Positions 1 through 12,875 are shown, numbered from the stretch's first letter. The stretch is DNA of 64,000 bases from Octopus vulgaris (GCA_951406725.2 OX597836.1:40920001-40984000); one strand, 5' to 3'. The notes: generated from the sequence alone by a model not told the origin. Made by a program: numbers and translations.

Positions 1-208
1 CCCTAACCACTAAGCCATGCACATCCACAAACATGCTGTGGACTTAACAGACATAGTCAGCATGGGTTAACCCTTTGACATTTAATATGGCCTTATCCGG
101 CCCAAATATTCTACATGCTTTATAATAATGATAATAATAAAACATTGTGTACAGTGCTCAGGTGTACTACAACTCATCTAAAGTGTATGTACAGTACATA
201 GGGTAATG

Positions 209-282
209 TACTATAGCCTCGGGCCGACCAAAAACCCTTGTGAGTGGATTTGGTAGACGGAAACTGAAAGAAGCCCGTCGTA

Positions 283-380
<98 letters not shown>

Positions 381-590
381 TGTGTGTGTTTGTGTATCCG
401 TGTTTGTCCCCCTAGCATTGCTTGACAACTGATGCTGGTGTGTTTACGTCCCCGTTACTTAGCGGTTCGGCAAAAGAGACTGATAGAATAAGTACTGGGC
501 TTCGACTGTAGGCATGTCTTTATGTTAAAACTGCTCCAGCATCCACAGTCAAAATGACTGAAACAAGTAAAAGTGTAAAAGTAAACAAGT
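209..590 (+). mobile_element. SINE family A, 5'-truncated, with long internal (TA)n
   Basis: Same body and ACAAGTAAAAG tail as other copies. Confidence 0.85.
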
Positions 591-816
591 AAACACACAC
601 TGAAATCTGAAAGCTATGAGATAATGCAGGATTAATTCAAAATAATGTGAATAAATAAGCAATAAATTTGACAAAATCTGAAATGCCAAAGGGTGAAAGC
701 AAAATAGATGTTTGCTTCAGTAAAAATATAAATTATTCAACCATTGACACGAGAGAGGGAGTTACAACTAATTTAAGACATGTTAATTAAGGAACAGATG
801 AATGTTTCTTAATTAA

Positions 817-1195
817 CTCTTTTGCTTGTTTCAGTCATTTGACTGTGGCTATGCTGGAGCACCGCCTTTTTTAGTCGAGCAAATCGACCCCAGGACTTAT
901 TCTATGTAAGCCTAGTACTTATTCTATCGGTTTCTTTTGCTGAACCGCTAAGTTACGGGGACGTAAACACACCACCATCGGTTATCAAGCAATGTTGGGC
1001 CGACAAACACAGACACACATACATATATATGATGGGCTTCTTTTTAGTTCCCGTCTACCAAATCCACTCACAAGGCTTTGGTCGGCCCGAGGCTATAGTC
1101 GAAGACACTTGCCCAAGGTGCCACACAGTGGGACTGAACCCGGGACCATGTGGTTCGTAAGCAAGCTACTTACCACACAGCCACTCCTACGCCTA
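817..1195 (-). mobile_element. SINE family A (tRNA-derived head, CORE-like CCTTGGGCAAGT, internal TA/TG microsatellite)
   Basis: A-box-like TGGCTGTGTGG and B-box-like GGTTCAGTCCC; more than 15 copies in the window. Confidence 0.85.
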
Positions 1196-1420
1196 TATAT
1201 TTATAATTAACACGTCTTAAATTCACATGCTTAAGGAGAATCCTCAACATCATGTGGCTGCAAAGTGTCTGAAAAGACACAATTGAGACGACAAGAGGCA
1301 TCAATAGGATTAGTGACAAAATAAGGCATGGATGCTGGGACTGGGTCAGACAAGATTGATGCCGGGACATCCTCAGACCCTAAAATTTTGCGAAGGTATT
1401 TAGAACTGTCATCTGCTTAC

Positions 1421-1563
1421 CTGTTCCCAGTTCCTCAAAGATGGTATGATTTTGAATGGTTTGGGCAGTTTACCACTTCTGTAAACACTGAGAATGTTGC
1501 GGACATTTCGGTACATCTCAACAACTCGATCGTCCATCTCCTTCACTTCGACCCCGTCATTGT
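1421..1563 (-). CDS. BYSL: Bystin, coding exon 5 (D-NDGVEVKEMDDRVVEMYRNVRNILSVYRSGKLPKPFKIIPSLRNWEQ); gene continues beyond window start
   Basis: Poly-T tract plus tttgtag acceptor, phase 1; YRSGKLPKxFKIIPxLxNWEQ is the bystin/Enp1 signature; donor CAG|gtaagc. Confidence 0.96.
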
Positions 1564-1674
1564 CTACAAAACAAATACGGAAAAAAAAAAAAAAAAAAAA
1601 AAAATTAGAAAATACATAAATAACCATATAGAACAGTATCTTTATATTTTCTAAGGAGAATATATCGAAAACAA

Positions 1675-2416
1675 TGGCATGTAAAAAGCACCATCCGATC
1701 GTGGCCGTTGCCAGCCCCGCCTGGCCCCCGTGCCAGTGGCACGTAAAAAGCACCATCCGATCGTGGCCGTTGCCAGCCCCGCCTGGCCCACATGCCGGTG
1801 GCACGTAAAAAGCACCATCCGATCGTGGCCGTTGCCAGCCCCGCCTGGCCCCCGTGCCAGTGGCACATAAAAAGCACCATCCGATCGTGGCCGTTGCCAG
1901 CCCCGCTTGGCCCACATGCCGGTGGCACATAAAAAGTACCATCCGATCGTGGCCGTTGCCAGCCCCGCCTGGCCCACATGCCGGTGGCACGTAAAAAGCA
2001 CCATCCGATCGTGGCCGTTGCCAGCCCCGCCCGGCCCACATGCCAGTGGCACGTAAAAAGCACCATCCGATCGTGGCCGTTGCCAGCCCCGCCTGGCCCA
2101 CGTGCCGGTGGCACGTAAAAAGCACCATCCGATCGTGGCCGTTGCCAGCCTCGCCTGGCCCCCGTGCTGGTGGCACGTAAAAAGCACCATCCGTCCGTGG
2201 CCGTATGCCAGCCCCGTCTGGCACCTGTGCGGGTGGCACGTAAAAAGCACCCACTACACTCTTGGAGTGGTTGGCGTTAGGAAGGGCATCCAGCCGTAGA
2301 AACACTGCCAGATCAGACTAGGCCTGATGCAGCCTTCTGGCTTCCCAGACCCCAGTTGAACCATCCAACCCATGCTAGCATGGAAAGCGGACGCTAAATG
2401 ATGATGATGATGATGA
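1675..2416 (+). mobile_element. Retroposon family C with about 9 tandem 62-bp units and a (GAT)n tail; other copies at about 2590-2950(-), 4195-4610, 7840-8185, 9837-10180, 11460-11790(-), 27132-27452, 28100-28512, 48998-49526 and 60285-60705
   Basis: Unit GGTGGCACGTAAAAAGCACCATCCGATCGTGGCCGTTGCCAGCC..; conserved block GGTTGGCGTTAGGAAGGGCATCCAGC; microsatellite tail typical of RTE-mobilised elements. Confidence 0.85.
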
Positions 2417-3218
2417 TCAATATCATGGTGAAATGCAAAGACAGGATGGGACTACATATTTACTACATTGGCTACAAAGAATATTTCTAAGACATCATTA
2501 CACTCATTGTTTTAACCCTGGTGTGGACCGTGACAAAAAATTATGTCAGCGGTACCTTAGGGTCAGTTTGACCCAATCATTAAAAATCACCATCATCATC
2601 ATCATCGTTTAACATCCGTTTTCCATGCTAGCATGGGTTGGACGGTTCGACCGGGGTCTGGGAAGCCAGAAGGCTGCACCAGGCTCCAGTCTGATCTGGC
2701 TGTGTCTCTACAGCTGGATGCCCTTCCTGACGCCAACCACTCCATGAGTGTACTGGGTGCTTTTTACATGACAACGGCCATGATCGGGTGGTGCTTTTTA
2801 CGTGCCACCGGCATGGAAGCCAGTCAAGGTGGCACAGGCATCGGCCACGTTCGGATGGTGCTTTTTACGTGCCACCGGTACAGGGATCACAACAATTTCC
2901 ATTGATTTTTGATGTTGATGTACTTGACTCAATAGGTCTCCTCAAGCACAGGGTCGAAACTGTGCTTCTGTAAAAATGAGTTTAGATACCGGAAAAAATC
3001 TGGGTTTTTGTTTCTTATTAGACAGTGTTTATTGCCTGAATAATGTATTATAGTATTTTATGTATAAATATTTTAATCCTGGGTCTGGTTGCAGACCATC
3101 TTCACATACAGTGTAATTGGATCTATTGCAGATGAACCTGGTCTTCTTGTCATTTGATCTTGGGTGATAAAATGCTTCTGATAAAATTCCACAGCTGCGA
3201 TATATATCTACATTATTT

Positions 3219-3867
<649 letters not shown>

Positions 3868-4143
3868 TGCAAACAGAAAGAAAGCAAAGACTGAAGGTTT
3901 TCAGATGGTGGATATTTAAGTATAAATGTATAGGTTATTTATATATTAATAGAACTTACTCAAAGTAAAAATGAAAGATAGAGGTATGCCTGCATATGCG
4001 TATATGTGAGTTTGTGTATGTTTGTGTCTACTTGCCTTGATATCACATGATATCACTGTAAACGAGTGTCACTGTCATACAAGCAGTGTCGTTCATTTCC
4101 AGTATTCTACTCAACACCCGATGCTTGTAGAAGAAAGTCTTAC

Positions 4144-4198
4144 CTGAGAGTACAGAGTTGATTTCTGTTCGCTTTGCTGATAGTTTCTCCATAATGAT
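4144..4198 (-). CDS. BYSL: Bystin, 3' part of coding exon 4 (IIMEKLSAKRTEINSVLS); 5' boundary unresolved
   Basis: Matches the bystin motif (TLAD)IIMEKL; donor TCAG|gtaaga (phase 1) fits the next exon; upstream sequence switches into a repeat at about 4195. Confidence 0.85.
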
Positions 4199-6264
4199 CA
4201 TTGCCAGAGCGGCTATCTGGCCTCCGTGTTGGTGGCACGTAAAAGACACCATCCGAGCGTGATCATTGCCAGAGCGGCTATCTGGCCTCCGTGTTGGTGG
4301 CACGTAAAAGACACCATTCGAGCATGATCGTTACCAGCGTCGTCTTACTGGCAACTGTGCCGGTGACATGTGTAAAAGATTTGAGCGAGGTCGTTGCCAG
4401 TGCCACCTGACTGGTTCTGTGCCGGCGGCACGTAAAAACACCCACTACACTCTCGGAGTGGTTGGCGTTAAGAAGGGCATCCAGCTGTAGAAACTCTGCC
4501 AGATCAAGATTGGGAGCAAGGTACAGCCATCTGGTTTGCCAGTCCTCAGTCAAATCGTCCAACCCATGCTAGCTTGGAAAGCGGACATTAAACGATGATG
4601 ATGATGATGAGGCATAAACAATGGCCTCCGTGTCGGTGGCACTAAAAGACACTATTAATCGCTGGAAGGGACATCTTATCGTTACCAGCGTCGCCTTACT
4701 GGCACCTGTGCCGGTGGCATGTGTAAAAGATTTGAGCAAGGTCGTTGCCAGTACCACCTGACTGGTCCCGTGCCGGTGGCACGTAAAAGTACCCACTACA
4801 CTCTCGGAGTGGTTGGCATCCAGTTGTAGACACCATGCCAAATCAGACTGGAGTCTGGTACAGCTCTCCAGCTATAGCCTCAGGCCGACCAAAGCCATGC
4901 TAGCATGGAAAGCGGATCTCATCATAACGTATATGTATGATGTATGTGTGTATATATGTTTGTGTGTCTGTGTTTGTCCCCACTACACACACACATTAAT
5001 CGCTGGTAGGGACATCTTATTTTATTACACAACCAGAGGAGGCATCACATGTTGTGAGCAAGAGAATAAGTCCTGGTGTCGATTTGCTCGACTAAAGACG
5101 GTGTTCCAGCATGGCCACAGTCAAATTACCGAAACGAAAGAGTAAAAGAGTAATTTTGTGTGTGGGTGTGCATGCGTGTACGTGTGTGTGTCCCCTTTTT
5201 CCTGCCATGTTCTTGTGCAAGTACATTTTGTGGTGTTGGTGAATTTATTTCAGGTGTTACACATTACACGACCCGAGCAGTGGTCAGCTGCAGTCATGTT
5301 CCAGTCAAACCGTCTAACCCATGCCAGCATGAAAAACGGATGCTAAATGATGATGACGATGAGATACATGAACTACTAAAAAAATTGAAGGTAACATTTT
5401 TGATAGGCATGCCATTGATAATGTCCTGTGGGTCCCAGTTTGCTTGAGACAGCTTTGACCCTTTAGCATTCACAATTATTCTGTCAAAAGTAATGTTTAT
5501 TTACTCTTTTACTTGTTTCAGTCATTTGACTGCAGCCATGCTGGAACACTGCTTTAGTCGAGCAAATCGACCCCGGGACTTATTCTTTGTAAGCCCAGTA
5601 CTTATTCTATCGGTCTCTTTTGCCGAACCGCTAAGTAACGGGGACGTAAACACACCAGCATAGGTTGTCAAGCAATGCTAGGGGGACAAACACAGACACA
5701 CAAACATACATATATATGACATTCAGTAGGCGGGAGTTACTGCCATGTGTGTATGTGTGCGTATAGCTGCTCAGTGCCTCTCCGAAAGAGAGAGAGGGAA
5801 TTATTCTGTCAAAAGTAATGTTTATTTATTCACATAGTTTTTAATTAATTGTCATGGCATTGTCTCGTAAGTGTGAGATATCTGTGTCACGACTCTTTAC
5901 TTTAGGAATGACATTGCAGGGTAGGTGTAAGATGCTAGACTTGCCTGGTTTGAAAATAAAACAGGCACAATATTTGGACCAGATATGGCCAGCTTAAATG
6001 CTGAAGGGTTTAATAGCTATTGCAGGAACCTCAGTCAATCAGAGCTAGCTGGTTCCATGTAATCTTTATTAGAGCACTTTGGACACATTCGTCCTACGAC
6101 CTTTCATCACCCATAAATGTGTCGACTGTTTCCACTCTTCATCCATTAAGTGCAGTCTTTCCTCCCTAGAACATCAGATGTCTAGAATTTCCACCCTGGA
6201 GAAGTTTGTCTTACAACTGTCAACTTACAACATATCATGCAAAGTGTTAATGGTATCAGTCTGA

Positions 6265-6859
6265 AAGGTGGCGAGCTGGTAGAAATGTTAGCATGCCGGG
6301 CGAAATGCGTAGCCGTATTTCGTTTGCCGTTACGTTGTGAGTTCAAATTCCGCTGAGGTCGACTTTGCCTTTCATTCTTTCGGGGTCGATAAATTAAGTA
6401 CCAGTTACGCACTGGGATCGATGTAATCGACTCAATCCATTTGTCTGTCCTTGTTTGTCCCCTCTGTGTTTAGCCCCTTGTGGGTAGTAAAGAAATAGGT
6501 ATTTCGTCTGCTGTTACGTTGTGAGTTCAAATTCCGCCGAGGTCGACTTTGCCTTTCATCCTTTCGGAGGTCGATTAAATAAGTACCAGTTGCGCACTGG
6601 GATCGATATAATTGTCTTAATCAGTTTGTCTGTCCTCTCTGTGTTTAGCCCCTTGTGGGTAGTAAAGAAATAGGTATTTCGTCTGCTGCTACGTTCTGGG
6701 TTCAAATTAAGCCGAGGTTGACTTTGCCTTTCATCCTTTCAGGGTCGATAAATTAAGTACCAGTTACACACTGAGGGGGTCGATGTAATCGACTTAATCC
6801 ATTTGTCTGTCCTTGTTTGTCCCCTCTGTGTTTAGCCCCTTGTGGGTAGTAAAGAAATA
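6265..6859 (+). mobile_element. SINE family B trimer (tRNA-derived) within one 13-bp TSD
   Basis: Head TGGTAGAAATGTTAGC..GAGTTCAAAT; two further head-truncated units; TSD ggtatcagtctga at 6252-6264 and 6860-6872. Confidence 0.88.
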
Positions 6860-7005
6860 GGTATCAGTCTGATCTGTCTAGGGAAGCTTATGATGGACAT
6901 GGATACAGCCCCTTCCACACGACAAAAAATAAAATAAATGTTAAAAAGAAAAGTGATCAGGGCCAGAGATTAAATAATAACGACAACACTAAAACTTCTA
7001 CTCAC

Positions 7006-7111
7006 AATTTCTTGCTCGACATAACATTCAGAATCCGATTTGTCAGATTCTTCATCTTCAGAATGCTGAGTTGGGCAAATGTCCAATGAAACTTTCTTTT
7101 TCTTCTTTATC
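7006..7111 (-). CDS. BYSL: Bystin, coding exon 3 (IKKKKKVSLDICPTQHSEDEESDKSDSECYVEQEI)
   Basis: aacag acceptor in phase 2 matches the exon 2 donor; 106 nt open; donor ATT|gtgagt (phase 0); acidic linker expected at this position. Confidence 0.82.
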
Positions 7112-7199
7112 CTGTTTTAAAAGGTAAGATACAACAAAATATTATGTGCGTGTATATATACATATATATCGTTTGTAGAAATATTATCCCACTATAATA

Positions 7200-7792
7200 T
7201 TAACTGCTCTACATCACAAAGTGGCCTACCCCACTTGCCCAGGATATCAATCGTCTGGAAGCCATTCAGCAACGTGCAACCAAAATACCCTCCATCAGGC
7301 ATTTGCCATATTCTGAATGCCTTACTTCCCTGGGCATGGACACATTGAAACTCCGACGTCTGGCAGCTGACTTGGCAGACACCCATAAAATTATTAACCA
7401 CCTTACAAACATTAACTCTGAGCACCTTTTCAAACTCCACCCGTCTAACACCCGTGGACATATTTACAAAGTCAGAAAACAGCACAGCTCCCATGACTTT
7501 CGGAAACATTTTTTCACACTAAGAGTTGCTGAAGCATGGAACAAACTGCCGGCATCAGTTGTTAGTTGTCGGAGCACAGCATCCTTCAAAACTTCCATGC
7601 TTCCTGAGATTCGCCAACGCTACACCTGATCTTCTCCCCTCCATACACACACAAGCATGTATCTGACTCATGCATTGTTCGCTTTCCAGACATTTGTACA
7701 TTACTGCATATACTCTATACGCACTTTCTGACAAGTTGTGGTGTACCTGAGTACTGTATACAATAATTTCATTATTATTATTATTACTATTT
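7200..7792 (+). mobile_element. CR1-type LINE 3' fragment
   Basis: LEAIQQRATK, Y.E.L..LG..TL..RR, TRGH, RKHFF..RV..WN.LP; 3' UTR; (ATT)n tail. A tail remnant of the same family lies at about 122-205. Confidence 0.9.
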
Positions 7793-9016
7793 AATATATA
7801 TATCCATCTACGAGAAATATTTAATGTATACACAATAAAAATCAAATGGAAATTGTAGTTAAGACACCTGTGCCAGTCATATGTAAAAAGCACCGTCCAA
7901 ACGTGGTAGATGCCAGCACTGCCTGACTGGCGTCCGTGTCAGTGACACCTAAAAGCACCAACCGATTGTGGCCGTATGCCAGCCCCATCTGGCACCTGTG
8001 CCAGTGGCACGTAAAAAGCACCCACTACACTCACGGAGTGGCTGGCATTAGGAAGGGCATCCAGCTGTAGAAACATGGCCAGATCAGACTGGGCCTGGTG
8101 CAGCCTTCTGGCTTCCCAGACCCCAGTCGAACCATCCAACCCATGCTAGCATGGAAAACGGACGTTGAATGATGATGATGATGATTGATAGTTGTTTCTA
8201 CATGTAGATGATGCCCTTCCTCCTTCAAACCCACTTAACTGTAAAGTAGATAAGCAGAAAAAAAAAGGGGAGCTTCTATGTGGTTGCTAAAACTGCAATA
8301 GAAGTTAAATTTTCCTCAAATTACACCCTACTGTCTTAGAACAACTATGTATGCCTAGAAAAAGAAAATGAAAATGAGATAGTCATGGTTGGAGTGGTTT
8401 TGACCAGAGACCTGTTCCTTTAAGGTCGACCTAGGGCTAAATAACAGCTATGAAGTGGCAAACAGAAATTAGGTTCATGGTCGGCCAGGTTATCTGGGAC
8501 AGAGTTATGTACCTTGTTTAGATGACACCTCCATAACTGTAGTAGTTCACCTTGCTCAGAACAGACAACACAATGGCTGTAGTGAGACCCCCTTCGGTCA
8601 TGATTGACTGTGGGACTGCACTTGGAAAGTTACCCTCCCAGGCATAAGTCCGGGCAAGGTTGTTTATGGAAAACCAGCAGTCACCCATGCATACCAGCCT
8701 CCTCTCTCTCCACATCACTGACGTTATCCAAGGGAAAAGGCAAACGTCAATACAGCTTGGTACCAGTGATGCCAAAATTCTACGGCTGAGTGAACTGGAG
8801 CAACGTGAAATAAAGTGTCTTGCTCAAGAACACAACATGCAGCCCGGTCTGGGAATCGAACTCAAGACCTCACGATCGTAAGCTCGACGCTCTAACCACT
8901 GCCAGATCAGATGGTGCAGCCGTCTGGTTTGCCAGCCCTCAGTCAAATCGTCCAACCCATGGAAAGTGAACGTTAAACGATGATGATGGCACTCACACAT
9001 TTTGTTGAGGAATTTC

Positions 9017-9433
9017 GGATCTTTTTGGTTTGAACGGCAGTTTTTAACATAATTTCTAGGTAACTAAAAAATTTTAAACTTCGTATACTGGTAGAATGTG
9101 TTTATAAAACATCTTTTTCTCTTGGCTTTATTGAGAAAATTCTATAGTTTGTAAGATATTTGTTATTTTTTTTCTTCAATTTCTGCAATTTCAACCAATC
9201 AATGACCGTCTATTGAGGTGAAAACATTCTGTGCCTTATGAATATGTCCCTCGTTTAAGAAACAGATTGGGTTTATTTACATTTCTGAAGAAAAAAAGAT
9301 ACCCTTTCCCCCACCCCTAACCCTAATCCTAAAACAGATTGAAATGCAATAGATTGATACTAGGGTTATAATTATGGGTGACAATTTCATATGACACTGC
9401 TAGAAAAAACTGCCGTTCAAACCGATAAGATCC
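9017..9433. mobile_element. Non-autonomous TIR element (Mutator-like by TSD length) with internal (CCCTAA)3
   Basis: About 29-bp TIRs GGATCTTTTTGGTTTGAACGGCAGTTTTT; flanks aggaatttc / aagaattcc (7 of 9 identical). Confidence 0.75.
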
Positions 9434-10427
9434 AAGAATTCCTTCCCCAATACTGAATCGTAATTTCTTGTCTACTCACCACCACCACAACTACTACTAC
9501 TACCAGTACCACCACCACCAATTTCATGTTTGAAACTATTTTTTTGATGTGAAATATTAAGTTTATCAAGACAATGTGACTTGCAGGAAATAAACTGGTG
9601 ACATGGCAGAATCGTTAGTATGGTAAGCAAAATGCTTGGTAGTATTTCATGTGTCAGTATGTTCTGAGTTCAAATTCTGCCAGGGCCCACTTTGCCTTTC
9701 ATCCTTTCGGGGTCAAAAGAATAAGTACCAGTTGAACACTGGGATCGATGTAATCAACCTGCTCCCTCCACCTGAAATTGCTGGCCTTGTGCCGAAATTT
9801 GAAACCAATACCGCTTCTATTTTTGGGGTAGGTATTTGGCCGATGCCAGCACCGCCCCGACTGGCTTCTGTGCCGGTGGCACATAAAAAGCACCATCCGA
9901 ACGTGGCCGTTGCCAGCGCCACCATAACTGGCTTCTGTGCCGGTGGCACGTTAAAAGCCCCAACCGATCGTGGCTGATGCCGGACCCCCCTGGCACCTGT
10001 GCAGGTGGCATATAAAATGCACCCACTACACTCACGGAGTGGTTGGCGTTAGGAAGGGCATCCAGCTGTAGAAACTCTGCCAGATCAGACTGGAGCCTGG
10101 TGCAGCCCCTGGCTTCCCAGACCCCGGTCGAACCGTCCAACCCGTGCTAGCACGGAAAACGGACGTTAAACGATGATGATGTATCATTACTGGAATAATA
10201 ATAATGTCTTTTGTCTTTCCTTCAAGGTGAATAAAATGACGACACATGACAAAACTTGTCAGACGTTACTAAATAAACCAAGAAAATCAAGGTCAAAGTC
10301 AAAATAATGACCAAAACAGGTCCCCACACCAAGTTCTAATTTTTTCTTCACTATTTTCGACTTTGACCCTGTTTTTCTCAGTTGTTTATTTCTCAAATAA
10401 GTAACAGACATAGTTTTTTTTTTTTTA

Positions 10428-10571
10428 GCTTGCTAACCAACCACATGGTTCCGGGTTCAGTCCCACTGCGTGGCACCTTGGGCAAGTGCCTTCTGCTATA
10501 GCCTCGGGCCCACCAATGCCTTGTGAGTGGATTTGGCAGACGGAAACTGAAAGAAGCCCGTCGTATATATG

Positions 10572-10615
<44 letters not shown>

Positions 10616-10819
10616 AGTTTGTGTGTCTGTGTTTTTCCCCCTAGCATTGCTTGACAACCGATTCTGGTGTGTTTACGTCCCCGTCACTTAGCGGTTCGGC
10701 AAAAGAGACTGATAGAATAAGTACTGGGCTTACAAAGAATAAGTCCCGGGGTCGATTTGCTCGACTAAAGGCGGTGCTCCAGCATGGCCGCAGTCAAATG
10801 ACTGAAACAAGTAAAAGAG
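10428..10819 (+). mobile_element. SINE family A
   Basis: Family match, slightly 5'-truncated. Confidence 0.85.
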
Positions 10820-11095
10820 ACCGTGGTCGAGACAATGGAATTTACTACTTTACGCCAGACTTCACAGTCCATCATAGCATTACAGAGGTCCTGTTGCTGG
10901 ATGCCTGTATCCCTGGAGATTACATCAGGGTAGGAGAGTGTGAGCCCTCTGGTATCGTGAGCAGATGGCTTCCAGAGGAGAAGAGTAGAAATTACCTCGT
11001 TTTTAGCTCTACAACAATGTCCAGCAAACTGGACTCTTTGTTTTCTCCTCAGACAAAGAACAAGTATATCCAGGATACATTTATACAATATATTC
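10820..11095 (-). mobile_element. RTE/RTEX-like LINE 3' fragment
   Basis: RVQFAGHCCRA..LLLWKP..AMMD.EVWR resembles RTE-group C-termini. Confidence 0.7.
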
Positions 11096-11322
11096 CCCCT
11101 TTTATTATTTCTGTTTTTTAACAGTCGTATGTAATTTAAAGGAGATTTAGCTGCTATTTCTCCTGGCCAGACGAGCGATTTAGCATACAGACATAGTACT
11201 TGGGGGTGATATAATCAATTACACTCCACAGAAGTAGTGCCCCAGCATGGCCTGCAGTCCAAAGACCGAAACCAATAAACGAATAGAAGAATGATGAGTA
11301 ACTTCCCTAATTTGCGACACAG

Positions 11323-11462
11323 TACACGGGGGGGGGGCTGAAAAATTCCTGGCTTTAAGGGTATCACGAAAGGACTGGTTGGAGGCCCAAATTCCCAAGT
11401 TCTTTTACAGGGCTTAAAAAAATTTGAAGGACCACTGCAATGTGTAAATCTGACAGGGTAAT
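11323..11462 (+). mobile_element. Mariner-derived non-autonomous fragment (second copy at about 12749-12871)
   Basis: The two copies are similar to each other; GLERLKVRCNKCVNLR resembles the mariner transposase C-terminus. Confidence 0.55.
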
Positions 11463-12299
11463 CATCACCATCATCATTTAATGTCTGTTTTCCATGCTAG
11501 CATGGGTTGGATGGTTCGACCGGGTTCTGGTAAGCCATGGAGGCTGCACCAGGCTCCAATCTGGTTTGGCAGTGTTTCTACAGCTGGATGCCCTTCCTAA
11601 CGCCAACCACTCTGTGAGTGTAGTGGGTGTTTTTTTACATGCCACCGGCACAGGGGCCAGGAGAGTCTGGCAAACGGCCACGATCGGTTGGTGCTTTTAC
11701 GTGTCACCGACACAGGTATCTTAACTACAATTTCCATTTGATTTCTATTTTGATGTTGGTGTTGACGTACTTGACTCAATAGGTCCCCTCAAGAACAGCG
11801 GGTCACTCTATGATCCAAGGTTAGCACAGCAGGCCGTCCTGCGAGCCATGGACTCACTTCATTTGTCGGGTCTTCACAGTCACAGTATATCTCAGGGGTC
11901 TCGGCCTTCGTCATTTCCTCTGTGAGGCCCTACGTGCCGAGTAAAATCGTAATTAACTAACCCTACCCTCTCTCTCTTTCGGAGAGGCACAAGCACCTAC
12001 ACGCACATATACACACACGGCAGTAACTTCCGCCGGCCGAATTCAATCACAAAGCTTCGGTCGGCTCGGGGCTATAGCAGAAGACACCTACCCAAAGTGC
12101 CACGCAGTGGGACTGAACCCGAAACCATGTAGCAAGCTCCCTAACCGTATTTTCTTTTACCCAAAGCCAGGAACTTTTCAGTGCCCCCTTATAAAGAGGT
12201 CTTCAGAGGTGACTCAACTGCATGAGAAATTTGTTAGGCTTTTGTTAATATCTAGTTGTGCATTATCGTGATAACGACTAATTAATCATAATTACTTAC

Positions 12300-12391
12300 T
12301 GTAATTTATTAATGCCATGTTCTTCTTCAAGCTCTTCTTGTTGGGCACGAGCCTGCTCCAGGATCTTACGGGACAATTTCTCATCGACAAA
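12300..12391 (-). CDS. BYSL: Bystin, coding exon 2 (FVDEKLSRKILEQARAQQEELEEEHGINKL-Q)
   Basis: Pyrimidine tract plus cag acceptor; 92 nt; donor CA|gtaagt (phase 2); LSRKILEQARAQQEELE matches the conserved bystin/Enp1 motif. Confidence 0.93.
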
Positions 12392-12411
12392 CTGAGGGAG
12401 AAAAAGAAAAT

Positions 12412-12751
12412 GTAAATACAATATATATTCAAAATCGACCCTACCACCATCGTCATTTTTATTATTGCCTTCCTTTGAGCCAATGAAGGAACCCCTACAA
12501 TGATGTTCAACCTGCTAGAAATAACAACCAAATTTGAGGTTATCAAGGCAATTAGTAAACAAAAACTCCATCAGGAAAGGGGTAAATACAATATATATTC
12601 AAAATCGACCCTACCACCATCGTCATTTTTATTATTGCTTTCCTTTGAGCCAATGAAGGAACCCCTACAATGATGTTCAACCTGCTAGAAATAACAACCA
12701 AATTTGAGGTTATCAAGGCAATTAGTAAACAAAAACTCCATCAAGAAAGGG
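12412..12751. repeat. Direct tandem duplication, 170 bp x 2
   Basis: 12412-12581 and 12582-12751 are almost identical. Confidence 0.92.
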
Positions 12752-12875
12752 GTGCTGAAGAGTTCCTGGATTTAAGGGTATTGGGAGATTCAAATTTCCG
12801 AGTTCTTTTACAGGGCTTAGAAAGACTGAAGGTCCGCTGCAATAAGTGCGTGAATCTGAGAGAGAAATATACTCT

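Noticed and set aside
1409-2305. 298-aa ORF as a single gene
   Set aside because: It is a chimera of repeat units, intron and bystin exon 5; only 1421-1563 is coding.
6090-6150. Missing half of bystin exon 4 (minus strand gives DEE / ETVDTFMGDE / GRRT in different frames)
   Set aside because: It needs frameshifts and lacks suitable splice sites; most likely a chance resemblance.
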